Below are positions 48,405 to 58,275 of a stretch of DNA of 64,000 bases, piece after piece. This stretch comes from Candidatus Hecatellales archaeon. GTDB lineage: Archaea > Thermoproteota > Bathyarchaeia > Hecatellales > Hecatellaceae. Each line of letters begins with the position of its first letter. The stretch's first letter is position 1. The notes under the pieces were generated by a model. It was not told where the DNA came from and did no database searches. It saw only the letters and a list, made by a program, of their open reading frames with translations. A program made the position numbers and the translations under genes. The stretch lies in assembly GCA_003661965.1 (NCBI GenBank), contig QMXD01000001.1:1258-65257 (forward strand). The letters are read 5' to 3'.

Positions 48405-48868
48405 AAACAAGAAAATTTAGAATTTTATCTTCAAATAGGGAGTTTGAGGTTGAGGTTGAAGATTTAGGTGAGGGAGAATTAGAGGAGGAACTAAAACCCA
48501 AAACCAGTGTTGGAGATGAAGTCGAATTGATGGTTGGAAAAGAAGAATACAGTCTAAAAGTTGAAGATTTAACTGTTTTTCCTGTCTCCCCAACTCCAAC
48601 CCTAAAACCTGAAGCCCCCAAAAAAGCTGAAACCGAAAAGGTTTTGGTTGAGGGGACACCTGTTAAAGCTCCTATGCGTGGCACAATAACAAAAATACTT
48701 GTTAAGGTTGGTGATAAAGTTAAAAAGGGAGATCCTGTGGTTGTTTTGGAGGCTATGAAAATGGAAAACCTTATAGAAACACCTGTTTCAGGTGTTGTTA
48801 AACAAATAGTTGTTTCTGTTGGAAGTACTGTTGCAACAGGAGAACCTCTTGTAATTGTGGGTGAGTAG
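48401..48868 (+). CDS. Biotin carboxyl carrier protein (1.3S-like, separate polypeptide)
   Basis: C-terminal VVLEAMKMENLIETPVSGVV biotinylation motif. 4-nt overlap with the upstream gene. Confidence 0.8.
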   Translation: MKTRKFRILSSNREFEVEVEDLGEGELEEELKPKTSVGDEVELMVGKEEYSLKVEDLTVFPVSPTPTLKPEAPKKAETEKVLVEGTPVKAPMRGTITKILVKVGDKVKKGDPVVVLEAMKMENLIETPVSGVVKQIVVSVGSTVATGEPLVIVGE

Positions 48869-48870
48869 GT

Positions 48871-49062
48871 TTGGCTGGGGAAAAGAGTAGTCTTAGGTTT
48901 TATTGTCGTAGGTGTAGGAAGATGGTTGATGTTTATGAGTGTTATAGGGAGGAGAAGGTTTTTCCAGAGCTAAAACCCGAGTTTGATGTGGTTACATGGT
49001 GTTGTTCTATCTGCCATTCACCAATAGTAGAAGTTTCAAAACTCCATAAGGAAGGTGGATAG
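48871..49062 (+). CDS. Small Cys-rich zinc-ribbon protein
   Basis: CRRCRK...CCSICH. Confidence 0.35.
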   Translation: MAGEKSSLRFYCRRCRKMVDVYECYREEKVFPELKPEFDVVTWCCSICHSPIVEVSKLHKEGG

Positions 49063-49076
49063 GGGGAAGATAACTT

Positions 49077-49442
49077 TTGCCTGAAAGGATAATTCAAAGA
49101 GCAAGAAGCTTTCCACCAAACCTATACTTTATAGCTCCGTTTGAAACAAAAAGAAGGTTTGGAATTGTTAGAGGTTCAAAGCTTAACTGTTTTTTTCAAA
49201 GGGTTTTAGACTCTGATGGTAATGTTCTTCAAAGGATAGATAGGGAGGTTCTGTGTGAGGTAAGGGATAGAGATGGAAGATTTTATGTTCCACCAAAACT
49301 AATTCAGGAGCTAAACCTAACTGGTAGAGAATACTATGAAATTATTTTAAGAAAGCTGATAAAACCAAACAACGAGGAAGTTGAAATCTACCCAGGAGAA
49401 ATGATTGAAAAAGAGGTAAGGGTAACTCCAAAAGAAAAATAA
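49077..49442 (+). CDS. Hypothetical protein
   Basis: 121 aa, no recognised motif. Confidence 0.3.
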   Translation: MPERIIQRARSFPPNLYFIAPFETKRRFGIVRGSKLNCFFQRVLDSDGNVLQRIDREVLCEVRDRDGRFYVPPKLIQELNLTGREYYEIILRKLIKPNNEEVEIYPGEMIEKEVRVTPKEK

Positions 49443-49443
49443 C

Positions 49444-50781
49444 CTACTTTCCAACAACCCTAACCTTAGCCACCTTAACTGGTGGAGCAACCAGAAAACC
49501 CACCTTCCTAGGATTATCTGCAACCTCAACTACATTCTCAAGAACATCATAAATAACCCCTGTTAACATAACTCCTTTTAACGGGTAGGCTAATCCACCT
49601 TTTTCAACCATCCATGCTGGTGTGGCTACAACAGAAAACTCTCCACTTTCAGGATTACTACTATGTGCCCCTTGAAGATGTAAAACATAAATCCCTTTAA
49701 CAGTTTCCTCAAACATTTTTTCAAGCGTATTTTTACCTGGTAGGATTGTAAAGTTTGTTGGTTCTATGTGGGGTGTTGAAGAGTAGGGTGGTATGGTTGT
49801 TCTTTGAGCGTTTCCAGTGCTTTCAACAAAGTCCTTGTCTGCTGTATACTTGTCGTACAGGAAGCCTTTTAAGATACCCTTCTCAACCAAAACAGTTTTT
49901 TTGCTTACTGTCCCCTCATCATCAAACCTCCATGTGTTTAACCCTCCATCCAGCAAGCCATCATCCACTATGGTTAAGTTTTCTGAGGCTATTTTTTCAC
50001 CCAGCCTACCTTTTAGCTTAGATTTCCCTCTTTGAACGTTATCAGCCTTTAAAGCATTAACCAAAGTATAGTAGAGTAGGCTTTCAAGAGCATGGGGACT
50101 AAAAATAACCTCGTAGAATCCTGTTTCAAGGGTTTTTGCGTTTAAAGACAAAATAGCCTGTTTTGCAGCCTCAACACCAACTTTTTCAGGGTTTATTTTA
50201 TAGGTTCTTTCATGTTCAAACTCAAAACATGTTGGGGTTGTTTCACCTTTATCTTTTGCAAGTGTGCTTAAAAGACACCCTATTCCTGTTCCCTTATCCG
50301 TATAGCTTACCCCATTCGAGTTTACCAGAATCTTTAGGGATTCTCCAGCAACAGTTAAACCTTCAAAAGCTAAAACTCTTTTGTCAAAGTTTAAGGCTGA
50401 GTTAAGCATTCTTGAGGTTATTTCCACAGCATCCTCTAAAGACGTTTCAGCCACCCTTTTATCGTAGGTGTTCTTTACCTCTGGAAGCTTAGATGGAGCT
50501 GGAAAACCTTTTCTATCCTTGTCTGGTTTTCCAGCCTTAGCCACCTTAACAGCCCTAGAAACTGTTTCCTCAAGACTTTTTAGGTTTGTATGGTTTGTAT
50601 AGGAAAACCCTATAGAACGGTTGTAGATAACCCTAACACCAAAACCCTCATCACAAAACCTGTCAGCCTTAACAATCTGGTTACGTTCAACCTCAACCCT
50701 TACAGCCATACTTCTACTAAAATAAACCTCAACCTCATCAACACCAAAACCAGAAGCCAGCTTAACAGCCTTTTCACAAAT
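49444..50781 (-). CDS. TldD/PmbA-family metallopeptidase (PmbA/TldE-like)
   Basis: ~445 aa from MEICEKAV. TldD/PmbA fold pattern without a full HExxxH. Confidence 0.7.
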   Translation of the reverse strand: MCEKAVKLASGFGVDEVEVYFSRSMAVRVEVERNQIVKADRFCDEGFGVRVIYNRSIGFSYTNHTNLKSLEETVSRAVKVAKAGKPDKDRKGFPAPSKLPEVKNTYDKRVAETSLEDAVEITSRMLNSALNFDKRVLAFEGLTVAGESLKILVNSNGVSYTDKGTGIGCLLSTLAKDKGETTPTCFEFEHERTYKINPEKVGVEAAKQAILSLNAKTLETGFYEVIFSPHALESLLYYTLVNALKADNVQRGKSKLKGRLGEKIASENLTIVDDGLLDGGLNTWRFDDEGTVSKKTVLVEKGILKGFLYDKYTADKDFVESTGNAQRTTIPPYSSTPHIEPTNFTILPGKNTLEKMFEETVKGIYVLHLQGAHSSNPESGEFSVVATPAWMVEKGGLAYPLKGVMLTGVIYDVLENVVEVADNPRKVGFLVAPPVKVAKVRVVGK

Positions 50782-50791
50782 TTCCATTAGG

Positions 50792-52174
50792 TTAACCTCT
50801 TCCCCCAACTCTAACCTCCCCAACACGAATAGAAGGTCCACCATCACAAACAAAAGCAAGCTGACCCTTACCACAACGTCCAGGCCAAAGCCTAAAATCT
50901 TTTCCAACAGCCTCAACCTTCATCAAGGTTTCAAGAGTGTTTCCGCTGATAGACATGTTTCTTACAGGTTCTCCAACCTCACCTTTAACTATCTCATAGG
51001 CTTCTTGAACCCCTACATGGAAGGTTCCATCTAGGTTTGCTTGTCCACCTCTAAAGGTTTTTAGGTAGTATCCAAACTTTATGGGTTCAAGTAACTCTTC
51101 AAACCTATGGTCTCTTGGTTCTAGGTAGGTGTTTCTCATCCTAATTATTGGTGTATACCTAAAGTTTTCAGCTCTAGCATTACCTGTTGGTTGACTGTTA
51201 AACTTTTTTGCTGTTTCTCTGTTATGCATAAGCCCAACAATAAAACCATCCTTGACAAGAAGTGTTTTTTGGGTTTTAACACCCTCATCATCATACATGA
51301 AGGAGCCAAAAGCACCTTCAACAGTCCCATCATCAAAAATTGTTACAACATCAGAAGCAATTTTCTTGCCAAGCTTATCCAAAACCACAGAACCTGAAAG
51401 GGTAAGGTCAGCTTCAGCAAGATGTCCAAAAGCCTCATGAACAAAAACACCCACAACGTTTGAACCTAAAACAGCTGGAAAAACTCCTCCTTTAGGTGTT
51501 TTAGCCTTTAACTGTTCCCCCAACCTTCTAGCAATCTCGACACCAACCTTTTCAGGGGGATTTTCATCAAAAACATCGTAGCCTGATGTTGAGCCAAACT
51601 CTTCTCCTGCTGAAGCGAAAACATCTGCTTCTGTCGCTGTTGCATAAACCCTAAACCAAACATAGATTTTGTTTTGTTCTACGTTTGCACCCTCACTATT
51701 AACATAAAACTCTTTTTGGAAAACATCTAGATAGTCTATTGTACAGCTTTTTGTTTGAGGGTTTAAACTAAAAACTGTTTTATCAACACCTAAAATGTCA
51801 CCTATTTTTTGTTCTATGGGGATGTTTCTAGGGTCTTTTTTAGGTTTTAGGGTAACCTTATCCTTTACCTGTTTAACCTCAGCAAGCTTAACTTTTTCTT
51901 TAACTTTTTGGCTTAAGGCTAAGGCAAGCCTATAAGCATCCTCAACAGCCCTAAAAACACTCTGCCTATCCGTTTTCGATGTTGAAACAACCCCCCAAGC
52001 ACCCCTAGCTAAAACCCTAACGTTAACACCTTTTTCAAAACCTTCTCTTACAACCTCAACCCCACCATCCTTGGTCGTGATTGAGGTTCTAAGGCTCTCC
52101 TCACACCTTAACTCAACAAACTCAACCCCAAGCTTTTCCCCAAGCTTAACAGCCTCTAAAAGCAAGTCATCCAT
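50792..52174 (-). CDS. tldD: TldD-family metallopeptidase
   Basis: HEAFGH zinc motif. 460 aa. Adjacent to the PmbA-like partner. Confidence 0.8.
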   Translation of the reverse strand: MDDLLLEAVKLGEKLGVEFVELRCEESLRTSITTKDGGVEVVREGFEKGVNVRVLARGAWGVVSTSKTDRQSVFRAVEDAYRLALALSQKVKEKVKLAEVKQVKDKVTLKPKKDPRNIPIEQKIGDILGVDKTVFSLNPQTKSCTIDYLDVFQKEFYVNSEGANVEQNKIYVWFRVYATATEADVFASAGEEFGSTSGYDVFDENPPEKVGVEIARRLGEQLKAKTPKGGVFPAVLGSNVVGVFVHEAFGHLAEADLTLSGSVVLDKLGKKIASDVVTIFDDGTVEGAFGSFMYDDEGVKTQKTLLVKDGFIVGLMHNRETAKKFNSQPTGNARAENFRYTPIIRMRNTYLEPRDHRFEELLEPIKFGYYLKTFRGGQANLDGTFHVGVQEAYEIVKGEVGEPVRNMSISGNTLETLMKVEAVGKDFRLWPGRCGKGQLAFVCDGGPSIRVGEVRVGGRG

Positions 52175-52191
52175 AAAGCTTTTCCACCAGC

Positions 52192-53547
52192 CTAAACACT
52201 TTCTAAAACTTTTTTAGTCTCCCCTAAAATATACTGTCTAATCTTTTCAAGTCTTTCTTGGGTTTGAGCCTCAAACCTTAAAACTAGGGCTGGCTCGGTG
52301 TTTGAAGCTCTTACAAGCCCCCAACCATCCTCAAACTCAACCCTTACACCATCAATCGTTATCAGCTTATAGCCTTCCCTTTCAAACTTCTCCCTTAAAA
52401 CATCAACAACCCTAAACTTTTTTTCGTCTGAACATGGGATACGAACCTCGGGTGAAGAGTAATATTTTGGAAGTTTTTCAACCATCTCAGAAAGTTTTAG
52501 GTTTGTTTTACCTAAAAGCTCAACCATTTTTACAGCAGCAAAAATTCCATCATCAAACCCATAATACTCCTTTGCAAAATAGTAGTGTCCACTAATTTCT
52601 CCAGCCAAAACAGCCTTCTCCTTTAGTAGGGCTTCATGAATATAGGAATGTCCAACCCTAGTCATTACAGGTATACCACCTAAAGCCTTAACCTCCTCAA
52701 ACAAGGCTTTTGAACCTAAAACGTTAAAGATTATTTTTGAGTTTGGATAACGTTTTAAAGTCTCCCTAGCAAAAAGCATAAACGCCTGGTCTCCCCTCAC
52801 AATCTGACCTTTCTCATCCACAAAACCAACCCTATCCCCATCCCCATCAAAAGCTATTCCAAGGTCTGCTTTTTCCTCAACAATTTTTTCACGTAAAGTT
52901 TTTAGGGTATCCTCCTTTAAAGGGTCTGGAATATGGTTTGGAAACCTTCCATCAGGTTCTCCAAATAAAACCTTAACCTCACAACCAAGAGCCTTAAAAA
53001 TTTTTTCTGTAAAACCACAGGTTCCATTTCCAGCATCAACAATAACCTTTAACTTTCTCTCCAAAACCCTATCTTTTACCAGATAGTCCATGTAGTCTGA
53101 AAGAACATCTTGTACATTGATTTTACCAGTTTTTTCCCAGCTAACAAGCCTAAACCTTCCTTCTTCAACTATTTTTTCAACCTCTCCTATACCTGTCTCA
53201 TAGGAGTAGGAGATTCCTCCCCTACAAAGCTTAAACCCGTTGTATTGGGGTGGGTTATGGGAGGCTGTAACCATTACACCTCCATTTTCACCATAATGGA
53301 TTGATGCAAAGTATAGGGTTGGTGTTGGAACAAGACCTATATCAAAACAGTCACATCCTGTTGAGGCTAAACCAGCTACTATACAGCCTTTTAAGGTTGG
53401 GCTTGTTAGTCTTGAGTCTCCACCAACAAAAACTTTTCCACCGTTTAAAAAGGTTCCAAAAGCCATTCCTATCCTTAAGGCTAACTCTGGTGTTAAATCT
53501 TCACCGTAAACCCCTCTAATATCGTAGGCTCTAAAAACCTTTGCCAT
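52192..53547 (-). CDS. Phosphoglucomutase/phosphomannomutase-family (archaeal GlmM/PMM)
   Basis: Active-site GGVMVTASHNPPQYNGFK. Start at MAKVFRAYDIRGV is preferred over the TM-containing ORF extension to 53685. Confidence 0.85.
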   Translation of the reverse strand: MAKVFRAYDIRGVYGEDLTPELALRIGMAFGTFLNGGKVFVGGDSRLTSPTLKGCIVAGLASTGCDCFDIGLVPTPTLYFASIHYGENGGVMVTASHNPPQYNGFKLCRGGISYSYETGIGEVEKIVEEGRFRLVSWEKTGKINVQDVLSDYMDYLVKDRVLERKLKVIVDAGNGTCGFTEKIFKALGCEVKVLFGEPDGRFPNHIPDPLKEDTLKTLREKIVEEKADLGIAFDGDGDRVGFVDEKGQIVRGDQAFMLFARETLKRYPNSKIIFNVLGSKALFEEVKALGGIPVMTRVGHSYIHEALLKEKAVLAGEISGHYYFAKEYYGFDDGIFAAVKMVELLGKTNLKLSEMVEKLPKYYSSPEVRIPCSDEKKFRVVDVLREKFEREGYKLITIDGVRVEFEDGWGLVRASNTEPALVLRFEAQTQERLEKIRQYILGETKKVLESV

Positions 53548-53608
53548 ACCTTTCAATCCTCCACAACTACCTACTATTTTTAGGTAATGGTGGCTAAAAT
53601 TTCTTAGC

Positions 53609-53830
53609 TTAACGTTTTTCCTCAAGCCAAATAAAACAAAACAGGCAAAAACCAGAAAAAACAAGCCCAGCAACCAATAGTCCAACCCTTAAAACCTTTA
53701 GCTCTGTGGGGAATACCTGAAAAAATCCCTCCAAAAACCAGTAAAGTGAAATAACCCCACAAAAAAGTTCTGATAATAGAAGTAGGCATAAGAGGAAAAG
53801 TTTTATTATCCATATAGGTTTTTTAAGCAT
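53609..53830 (-). CDS. Possible small 2-TM membrane protein in the PGM upstream region
   Basis: 73-aa ORF with two hydrophobic helices in a 290-bp gap; weak. Confidence 0.2.
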   Translation of the reverse strand: MLKKPIWIIKLFLLCLLLLSELFCGVISLYWFLEGFFQVFPTELKVLRVGLLVAGLVFSGFCLFCFIWLEEKR

Positions 53831-53838
53831 TCCTTATC

Positions 53839-54510
53839 CTATACTCCAAAAAACGTTTTTAAGGCTATAAGGGTTAGGGTTGTGGAAAGAGGAACTGTAG
53901 CGTTATCTGAAACTTTTACTGGTAGGGTTTCAACAAGCATCCCAACACCAACACCCACAAAAGACATAGAAAAACTTTTGGTGATTAGAAGGGAGAAAAG
54001 AAAGGCAACAGTAAACCCTGACAAATGACCCTCAACAGTTTTTCTTTGATTATAAAAAATTTTGTGTTTTCCGAAGAGTATCCCTATGATTCCTGCAAAA
54101 CCATCCCCCAAAATAACTGTGCAAGCCATTATGTATGCTATCCTAACATCTCCAACCAAAAAAGATAGAAGAGTGCATGTGCTAAGGGATAAGCCAAGCC
54201 AGCAAACATCCCAATAATATTTTCTTCCATTCAGGTCTTCTGGGCTTCCAAGCTTCCACCAAAGCTTTTTTATGTGGATAAGCTTAAAACCTAAAAACTT
54301 TAGAAGGTTGTAGGCTACATAAACACTCATCGAAAACATTGTTAGTGAAACAAGAAGAATGGAGGCTAAATAAAAACCATAGTTTAAAGTGAGAAACCAA
54401 ACCCCAAAAATATAGAGGACTCCTGTAAGATGGGTAAGCTTTCTTCTAAGAGTATGTTTTTCTTCAGGTTTTAGTTTTCCAATAGTTAAGAACAAGATTC
54501 TTTCAGCCAA
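53839..54510 (-). CDS. Polyprenol/dolichol kinase-like or CdsA-superfamily CTP-dependent membrane enzyme
   Basis: Polytopic membrane protein with QRKTVEGHLSGF motif (K-T-x-E-G of the DolK/CdsA superfamily). Confidence 0.4.
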   Translation of the reverse strand: MAERILFLTIGKLKPEEKHTLRRKLTHLTGVLYIFGVWFLTLNYGFYLASILLVSLTMFSMSVYVAYNLLKFLGFKLIHIKKLWWKLGSPEDLNGRKYYWDVCWLGLSLSTCTLLSFLVGDVRIAYIMACTVILGDGFAGIIGILFGKHKIFYNQRKTVEGHLSGFTVAFLFSLLITKSFSMSFVGVGVGMLVETLPVKVSDNATVPLSTTLTLIALKTFFGV

Positions 54511-54527
54511 ACTATAAGAGATTCTTT

Positions 54528-55136
54528 CTATGTTTTAACCTGTCTAATAGCTTCTTCGTATTGGCTAATATTAATTTTCCCCGCTTTAACAAGAAAACCT
54601 AAAACTTCCCTTATCCTAAGAAAACTATGCAACCTCACCCCTTTATCCCTAAGACTTTTTTCACCTCCCTCCTCCCTATCTATAAGCACCAAAGCATCCG
54701 TTACCATCCCACCCTCCTCCCTAACACAGTCAACAGCCTCAACCAAAGATTTGCCTGTTGTTATCAAGTCGTCTACAACCAAAACCCTAGCATCCCTATT
54801 TAAAACACCTTCAATTCTTCTTTTTTCACCCCAGCTTTTTGGCTCCTTTCTAACATAGAGAAAGGGTTTTTTAAGTGTGTAAGCAAGAACCGACGCATAA
54901 ACCATGCCTGAAGTAGGTATCCCTGCAACAGCATCAAACCTTTTTAAGCCTATTTTTTTAGCCTCCTCAACATAAACCCTAACAATCCTTCTAAAAGTTT
55001 TTGGGTGGCTTGGAACAAGCCTAAGGTCGATATAGTAGCTGCTTTCTTTTCCGCTTGTAAGCTTAAACCTCCCAAACTTTATTGCTCCCAGTTCAGCTAA
55101 GGCTAAAGAAATTTCTTTTTTTAGGTTTTTAACCAT
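54528..55136 (-). CDS. pyrE: Orotate phosphoribosyltransferase-like (type I PRTase)
   Basis: PRPP-binding VLVVDDLITTGKS. Confidence 0.75.
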   Translation of the reverse strand: MVKNLKKEISLALAELGAIKFGRFKLTSGKESSYYIDLRLVPSHPKTFRRIVRVYVEEAKKIGLKRFDAVAGIPTSGMVYASVLAYTLKKPFLYVRKEPKSWGEKRRIEGVLNRDARVLVVDDLITTGKSLVEAVDCVREEGGMVTDALVLIDREEGGEKSLRDKGVRLHSFLRIREVLGFLVKAGKINISQYEEAIRQVKT

Positions 55137-55242
55137 TTTAAACGCTACCTAAAACTATTAGGCTTTTTTCTTTCATTAGGTTTTCTATGTTAACAGTTAG
55201 ATTTTTGAGTTAAGATATGGTTAAAAAAGATTTAACGGTAGG

Positions 55243-56520
55243 GTGCTGTATATGGTTGAAGTTTGGCTTCCCTACGGAGACACAGAAGTCTGTTTAACAG
55301 TTCCACCTGAAAACCTTTTAGACATAGTTAACCCTAAACAGGAGCCTCAACCAATAAACCTTGAAGAAGAGTTAAAAAAAGCCTTAGAAAACCCCTTAAA
55401 CACAAGTAAACTAGCTGAAACCATGAAACCTGAACAAAAAATAGCCATAGCCTTCAACAAAAGTGTAAACATGGATTTTATAAGCTTAGTTTTAGCTAAG
55501 CTAGCTGATGAGGTAAAAAAGGCTGATGTTCCTCTTTCCAACATTAGAGTAATTGTTGGGTGTAGAGAAGGTAAACCCATAACTCCTAACGAAGCTGAAA
55601 ACCTTCTCTCCAAAATTCCTGAAGGTTTTGAAAAGAAGATTCATAATCCAAAGGTTGAGGAGGAGCTTGTTGAGGTTGGTGTTACAAGCTATAAGACAAG
55701 AGTTTTTTTAAATAAGAGTTTTTTTGAGGCTGACCTTAAAATTTTGGTTGGAGAGGTTAACCTAAACCCTTTAACTGGTTTTGGTGGTATAGATGCTGTT
55801 CTTTCCGTTTGCGGTTTAAAAACAATCCATCATAGTTATGGCTTATCTTTAAACCCAAAATCAAGAATAGGTTTTCTGGAGGAAAACCCAACCCATAAAA
55901 ATTTGGTTGAAATAGCTGGTTTAGCTGGAGTTAACCACATCCTAAACCTTGTTGTAGGTTTGGATGGTAAAGTTTTAAGGGTGTTTTTTGGGAGTCTTGA
56001 AAAAACTTTTAAGGAGGCGGTAAACAGTTTTAAAACAATTTTTGGTGTTGAGGTTGAGGATAAAGCTGAAATTGTTGTTGTAAGTCCTGGTGGAAACCCT
56101 TTTGACCAAACCTTCTATGATGCTCAAGAAAGCCTTGAACGTGCATGTTTGGTTGTTAAGGATGGAGGTATCATAGTTTTGGTTGCTGAATGTTCTCAGG
56201 GGCTTGGAAACAGGGATTTTCAAAAGCTGGTAAACACCGTTAAAAGTGTTGAGGAGCTTAAAACTATCGCAAAAAAAGAGTTTAACCCCACTCTATACAA
56301 AATCTTTAGGCTAATGAATATTCTAAAAGATTTTAGGGTTGTTCTTGTTTCAACCCTCCCAAACACCATATCTGAGGTTTTAGGGTTTAAAACATCAAAA
56401 ACGGTTAATAATGCTGTTGAATATGCTTTAAGAGTTCTTGGTAAAAAATCAAAAATTCTTGTTCTACCCTACGCAATGAAAATTTTCCCTATCCTTAAGA
56501 CCAAAGAACCACAGCACTAA
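55243..56520 (+). CDS. LarA-like (DUF2088, nickel-pincer-dependent racemase family) protein
   Basis: N-terminus VEVWLPYGDTEVCLTVPPENL resembles LarA N-domain. 425 aa. Confidence 0.5.
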   Translation: MLYMVEVWLPYGDTEVCLTVPPENLLDIVNPKQEPQPINLEEELKKALENPLNTSKLAETMKPEQKIAIAFNKSVNMDFISLVLAKLADEVKKADVPLSNIRVIVGCREGKPITPNEAENLLSKIPEGFEKKIHNPKVEEELVEVGVTSYKTRVFLNKSFFEADLKILVGEVNLNPLTGFGGIDAVLSVCGLKTIHHSYGLSLNPKSRIGFLEENPTHKNLVEIAGLAGVNHILNLVVGLDGKVLRVFFGSLEKTFKEAVNSFKTIFGVEVEDKAEIVVVSPGGNPFDQTFYDAQESLERACLVVKDGGIIVLVAECSQGLGNRDFQKLVNTVKSVEELKTIAKKEFNPTLYKIFRLMNILKDFRVVLVSTLPNTISEVLGFKTSKTVNNAVEYALRVLGKKSKILVLPYAMKIFPILKTKEPQH

Positions 56521-57598
56521 AAACAAGCATTACATAAGCCAAAACCCCTAAAACTTTTCTGCCAAAAGAAACTGAGGAAACATTATCTAAAGGCTCAACA
56601 CTTCTTGCATGAAAAGAAAGAAGCATTATTAGCAACCCAAAAAACCAGAAACCCGTAGCAAATGTGACAAGTAAACCAATAAAAGATGCTATTTGACGCC
56701 CCCTCACCCCAAACAAGGCTGAAGCAATATGACCTCCATCCAGCTGCCAAATAGGTAAAAGGTTTAAAAAGGTGATTACAAAACCAAGCCAAGCAGCCCA
56801 ACCTATAGGAGGCATCAACATCAACTGCTCCTCAGAAGCAGGTCTAATAAAATGGGTAAGTAAAGCCCAAGCCAAATTAACAGGAATAGTCATAATGGTG
56901 GTTTCCTTTAAAAGTTCTGGGGGGACAGGCTGCATCAGATTTATAGATATAGCTGCAACAACTAGGGAAACAACAAAACTTACCACAGGACCGCTAAACC
57001 CAAGATCAAAAAGTTCATCCCTATTTACCGGAGGCTCCTTCTGCATTATTACAGCTCCAAAGGTTCCAAAACCTATTGGGAATGGTGGTCCTGGAATAAA
57101 GTATGGTAAGCTTGCTTCTGTTCCTTTCAGCCAGCAAACAATTTTATGTCCAATTTCATGAAGCCCAACGATGGCTAAAAGAGCTATTGTAAAATAGGCT
57201 GCATGGGTGAAGGTGTTTCCACCGAAAGTTTTTACCCAAGCTATAGAGTTAAAGTATCCGCTTAAAAATATGGTTATGGTTGTGACTATGAGAAGGATAA
57301 GGTTTGTTCTTATTCTTCCAACCTTAATTTTTGGTTTTGGAACAACGTATAGGGCTATTTTGTCTTTATCTCTTTCTCTTAGCATTGGGGTAAGGTTGTA
57401 AGGCTTCATTTTTTTAACAAGATTTTCAAAAGACTTTTTAGGTGTATCCGTAAACCTAACAAAAAACGTTATAACCCCAAACTCCATCCTAGTTTCTTCA
57501 ATAATAAACTCTGATTCAACCAAACTTCTTATCTCGTTAAAGCTAAGGGTAAAACCTAGATTTTCCGTGTTTTGAGTTTCAGCAGCCACAACAACCAC
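56495..57598 (-). CDS. M50-family (site-2 protease-like) membrane metalloprotease
   Basis: HEIGH zinc motif within a TM helix, multiple TM segments. Confidence 0.7.
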   Translation of the reverse strand: MVVVAAETQNTENLGFTLSFNEIRSLVESEFIIEETRMEFGVITFFVRFTDTPKKSFENLVKKMKPYNLTPMLRERDKDKIALYVVPKPKIKVGRIRTNLILLIVTTITIFLSGYFNSIAWVKTFGGNTFTHAAYFTIALLAIVGLHEIGHKIVCWLKGTEASLPYFIPGPPFPIGFGTFGAVIMQKEPPVNRDELFDLGFSGPVVSFVVSLVVAAISINLMQPVPPELLKETTIMTIPVNLAWALLTHFIRPASEEQLMLMPPIGWAAWLGFVITFLNLLPIWQLDGGHIASALFGVRGRQIASFIGLLVTFATGFWFFGLLIMLLSFHARSVEPLDNVSSVSFGRKVLGVLAYVMLVFSAVVLWS

Positions 57599-57733
57599 TC
57601 TAACTTTAATCTAATTATTCTTTATGAATAGGTTAAGTTTAAGTTTATGGCAAACATGTTGAAAGAACAGTTAAATATTTCTTAGGAATGTAAAAAAGTT
57701 AGCGTTTAAAGCATACATGTATGGTTTAGGGTT

Positions 57734-58261
57734 ATGGAAAACAAGCCTTTAACCGTTAAGGGAGACTACAAGTTTAGAAAATTTAGGGAGGAAGACCTTT
57801 TAAGAGTAGTTGAGATAAATAGGCTTTGTCTACCTGAAAACTATTCACCCTTCTTTTTTCTTGAACTCCACAAAAGCTATCCTGAAACCTTTATTGTTGC
57901 TGAATATGAAAACAACATTGTAGGCTATGTGATGGTTAGAGTTGAAACAGGTTTCTCAGATTTTCATAGGTTTAAGATAACAAGAAAAGGTCATATTGTG
58001 TCGATTGCTGTTATACCAGAGCATAGGTTAAAGGGTGTAGGTTTAACCCTAATGCTTACAACACTTAAAAACATGGTTCAGTATTATAGGTGTCAAGAAA
58101 CCTATCTTGAGGTTAGAGTTAGTAACACAAGCGCAATAAACCTTTATAGGAAGCTTGGCTACCGTCAAATCAGAATAATACCACACTACTATCTAGATGG
58201 TGAAGACGCCCTACTAATGAGTAGAGAATTAAAACCCTCAGAAGAAATTTTTAGAGTTTAG
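57734..58261 (+). CDS. GNAT N-acetyltransferase (RimI/Ard1-like N-terminal acetyltransferase)
   Basis: IAVIPEHRLKGVGLTLM acetyl-CoA binding motif. Confidence 0.7.
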   Translation: MENKPLTVKGDYKFRKFREEDLLRVVEINRLCLPENYSPFFFLELHKSYPETFIVAEYENNIVGYVMVRVETGFSDFHRFKITRKGHIVSIAVIPEHRLKGVGLTLMLTTLKNMVQYYRCQETYLEVRVSNTSAINLYRKLGYRQIRIIPHYYLDGEDALLMSRELKPSEEIFRV

Positions 58262-58275
58262 TTGAGGCTTAAACC

